Below, piece after piece: positions 62,785 through 64,000 of a stretch of 64,000 nt of DNA. This DNA is from Spirochaetia bacterium (GTDB lineage Bacteria; Spirochaetota; Spirochaetia; DSM-16054; Sediminispirochaetaceae), in NCBI GenBank assembly GCA_021736475.1, contig JAIPFV010000003.1, positions 4,724-68,723 on the forward strand, given 5' to 3'. The position numbers were made by a program, and so were the translations under genes. The notes under the pieces are model-generated. The model made no database searches. It saw only the letters and a list, made by a program, of their open reading frames with translations, and was not told where the DNA came from. Within the stretch, counting starts at the first letter, position 1; the number at the start of each line of letters is the position of its first letter.

Positions 62785-63994
62785 CCTTCGGCTCCGCGAC
62801 GCCCCGCCCCGCGCCATTCGCACTCAGAATCAGCGCGGCATGAGTCGCATGCGCACCGCGCGAGCCGCAGTACGCACCGTCGGACCAATTCACGCCGAAG
62901 CGGGAGCGGTTCGGCATCGAATAGTCTTGTCCAGCCACATTTACATCGTTCGCATCAAAGTTGTTGCCCCAGGAGGACCGAGAGTTGCTCGTAGAATCCC
63001 TGCCCCACTGATATTGCACACCGGTCATGTCCTCCATACCGATTAGAGATACGATTCTCTGGCCGTTTGTAGCAACGTGACCGCCGGTATTACCGGGATC
63101 AGCAGACCCGGAAATGTTTACCCCCTGCGGCGACCCGAGCGACATATTGACGTGCTCTTGTCGACTGATACTCATATAGCCGACGGCTCCGAGGTCCTGG
63201 TCAAACCTGTTTGCATGAAACTTTTCGAGACTGGTGCCATCTGCGGGATCTGCGCCATATACGCTCACCAGTTTTAATTGGGCTGCATCCCATGACGGTA
63301 GATAAATCATACCCCACCTATTATCTTTAGGTGAGAAAACAGCACCCTCTCTGGAGGCCCCTTCATGAGGTCGGTGTAGTATATCCTGCACGGAATGAGG
63401 AAGGATGTCTCCAACCAAAAACCCCTCAAGCCAGTGTTTTACATCCCCGTTACTGAGAGATTGCTCGGCTGCAAAGGCTTCATTAAAGTAGTCTTCATCC
63501 TTTCCTCTATTCTCGTATGGGTATACGTCGGTGCCGATATCCGCGCAAAGGCAGTGGAACTGGCCGACTTTGCGGGAATTGTCGGCGGTGTAGCCAGACG
63601 GGAATGTACTATTTGCCGATAAAATGAAGACCGGCACATATCCCGCTTCGGGCTCGCAAGCGTATATGTAAAAATCTTGTCCTGCTCTATTTGCCGGTGT
63701 CGTCCAGTCGGTTGTAAGGTCGTCCCAGGATGCGGTCTCGTTTAATCGGATCTCTATCTGTGACTCGAGCACGTACCCGTAGCCGTTTATATTAACCGTT
63801 AACTCGTCCGGAGAAACGAGGGTGTACCTGTCGGATCCAGTGTTGCCTTTTACTCTCCATCTAATGTTTCGCCCGTAATGGCCAGGTACGGATGCGGCGG
63901 CCAGTTTTCCGTTTATCGCTTTTTGAAAGTCCGCTACGGCCGCGTAGCTGTGATACAGCTCCACCCCTTCGTATGCCGCGTTAATTATCTGCAC
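62774..63994 (-). CDS. DGR variable (target) protein, Mtd-like receptor-binding protein with C-terminal CLec-type VR; possibly 5'-partial
   Basis: C-terminus 'GVNWSDGAYCGSRGAHATHAALILSANGAGRGV' is the diversified copy of the TR; the GTG start at 63994 has no upstream stop before the window end. Confidence 0.85.
   Translation of the reverse strand: MQIINAAYEGVELYHSYAAVADFQKAINGKLAAASVPGHYGRNIRWRVKGNTGSDRYTLVSPDELTVNINGYGYVLESQIEIRLNETASWDDLTTDWTTPANRAGQDFYIYACEPEAGYVPVFILSANSTFPSGYTADNSRKVGQFHCLCADIGTDVYPYENRGKDEDYFNEAFAAEQSLSNGDVKHWLEGFLVGDILPHSVQDILHRPHEGASREGAVFSPKDNRWGMIYLPSWDAAQLKLVSVYGADPADGTSLEKFHANRFDQDLGAVGYMSISRQEHVNMSLGSPQGVNISGSADPGNTGGHVATNGQRIVSLIGMEDMTGVQYQWGRDSTSNSRSSWGNNFDANDVNVAGQDYSMPNRSRFGVNWSDGAYCGSRGAHATHAALILSANGAGRGVAEPKGSA
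62793..62907 (-). repeat. DGR variable repeat (VR) at the 3' end of the target gene
   Basis: 15 mismatches to the TR, all at TR coding-strand adenines; shared GC-rich 3' block GGGGCGGGGCGTC (IMH-like). Confidence 0.9.
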
Positions 63995-64000
63995 TTGAGT

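Larger units (their letters stand above)
59649..64000. mobile_element. End of a phage-like element (tail-fibre/receptor-binding module with DGR); continues beyond the window
   Basis: Abrupt loss of kaiC homology at about 59650 (sequence TGTACC...), terminal direct repeats, then LamG-like fibre protein, small ORFs, DGR RT/TR/VR and the variable protein, all on the minus strand. Confidence 0.55.

Noticed and set aside
62475-62888. 138-codon N-terminal extension of the RT ORF in the ORF track
   Set aside because: It is a read-through of the TR, the VR-proximal hairpin and part of the VR. DGR RTs start at 'MKRYGNL...'. The Asn-rich 'protein' is simply the TR in frame.
1-64000. Search for rRNA, tRNA, CRISPR arrays and IS transposase genes
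   Set aside because: I saw no cloverleaf-like conserved tRNA segments in the intergenic regions, no regularly spaced repeat array and no transposase or integrase ORF within the window. The only phased repeats are the 24-mers at 59677-59734, reported separately.

Overview
This is a compositionally mosaic 64-kb bacterial chromosomal window. The gene content is diderm-type (secretin, lipoproteins, OM beta-barrel). I cannot assign a taxon from the sequence alone.

Layout:
1. 1-15.6 kb: GC-rich housekeeping and envelope block. It holds an SLT transglycosylase, uppP, ftsK, an ArnE/F-like pair with an ArnC-like GT2 and an ATP-grasp gene, a GPH symporter, an NMT1-type ABC importer, a GltS-like symporter and an OM beta-barrel.
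2. 15.6-27.5 kb: lower-GC signalling block. It holds two sigma-54 enhancer-binding proteins (EBPs), an operon encoding a receiver (REC) protein, a solute-binding protein, a histidine kinase and a REC-PP2C phosphatase, an operon encoding a STAS protein and a histidine kinase, and a REC-GAF protein.
3. 27.5-37.2 kb: the most unusual locus. It encodes three paralogous Sec-exported proteins of unknown family, a multi-beta-sandwich periplasmic protein and a lipoprotein secretin. They are driven by canonical TGGCAC-N5-TTGC promoters and flanked by EBPs and a PAS kinase. No ATPase, platform or pilin genes are present.
4. 37.4-42.9 kb: a WbpB/E/D/A-type UDP-2,3-diacetamido-glucuronate operon behind another sigma-54 promoter.
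5. 43.0-52.8 kb: very AT-rich O-antigen-type island (wzx, wzy, GT4s, CapA plus ATP-grasp, DUF354) with several pseudogene scars.
6. 52.9-56.3 kb: truncated kinase core, a RelE/ParE-type toxin-antitoxin (TA) pair, and a sigma-54-promoted operon for a secreted protein and a HEAT-repeat protein.
7. 56.3-59.6 kb: an operon ordered kaiC, kaiB, kaiB, PAS-kinase on the minus strand, with kaiC reduced to its CII half.
8. 59.65-64.0 kb: end of a phage-like element abutting the kaiC break. It carries a textbook diversity-generating retroelement (DGR): reverse transcriptase (RT), template repeat (TR), and variable repeat (VR) with adenine-only mismatches.

I found eight good sigma-54-type promoters and three EBP genes. 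I recognised no rRNA, tRNA or CRISPR array. All homology calls rest on motif recognition by eye; no database search was possible.
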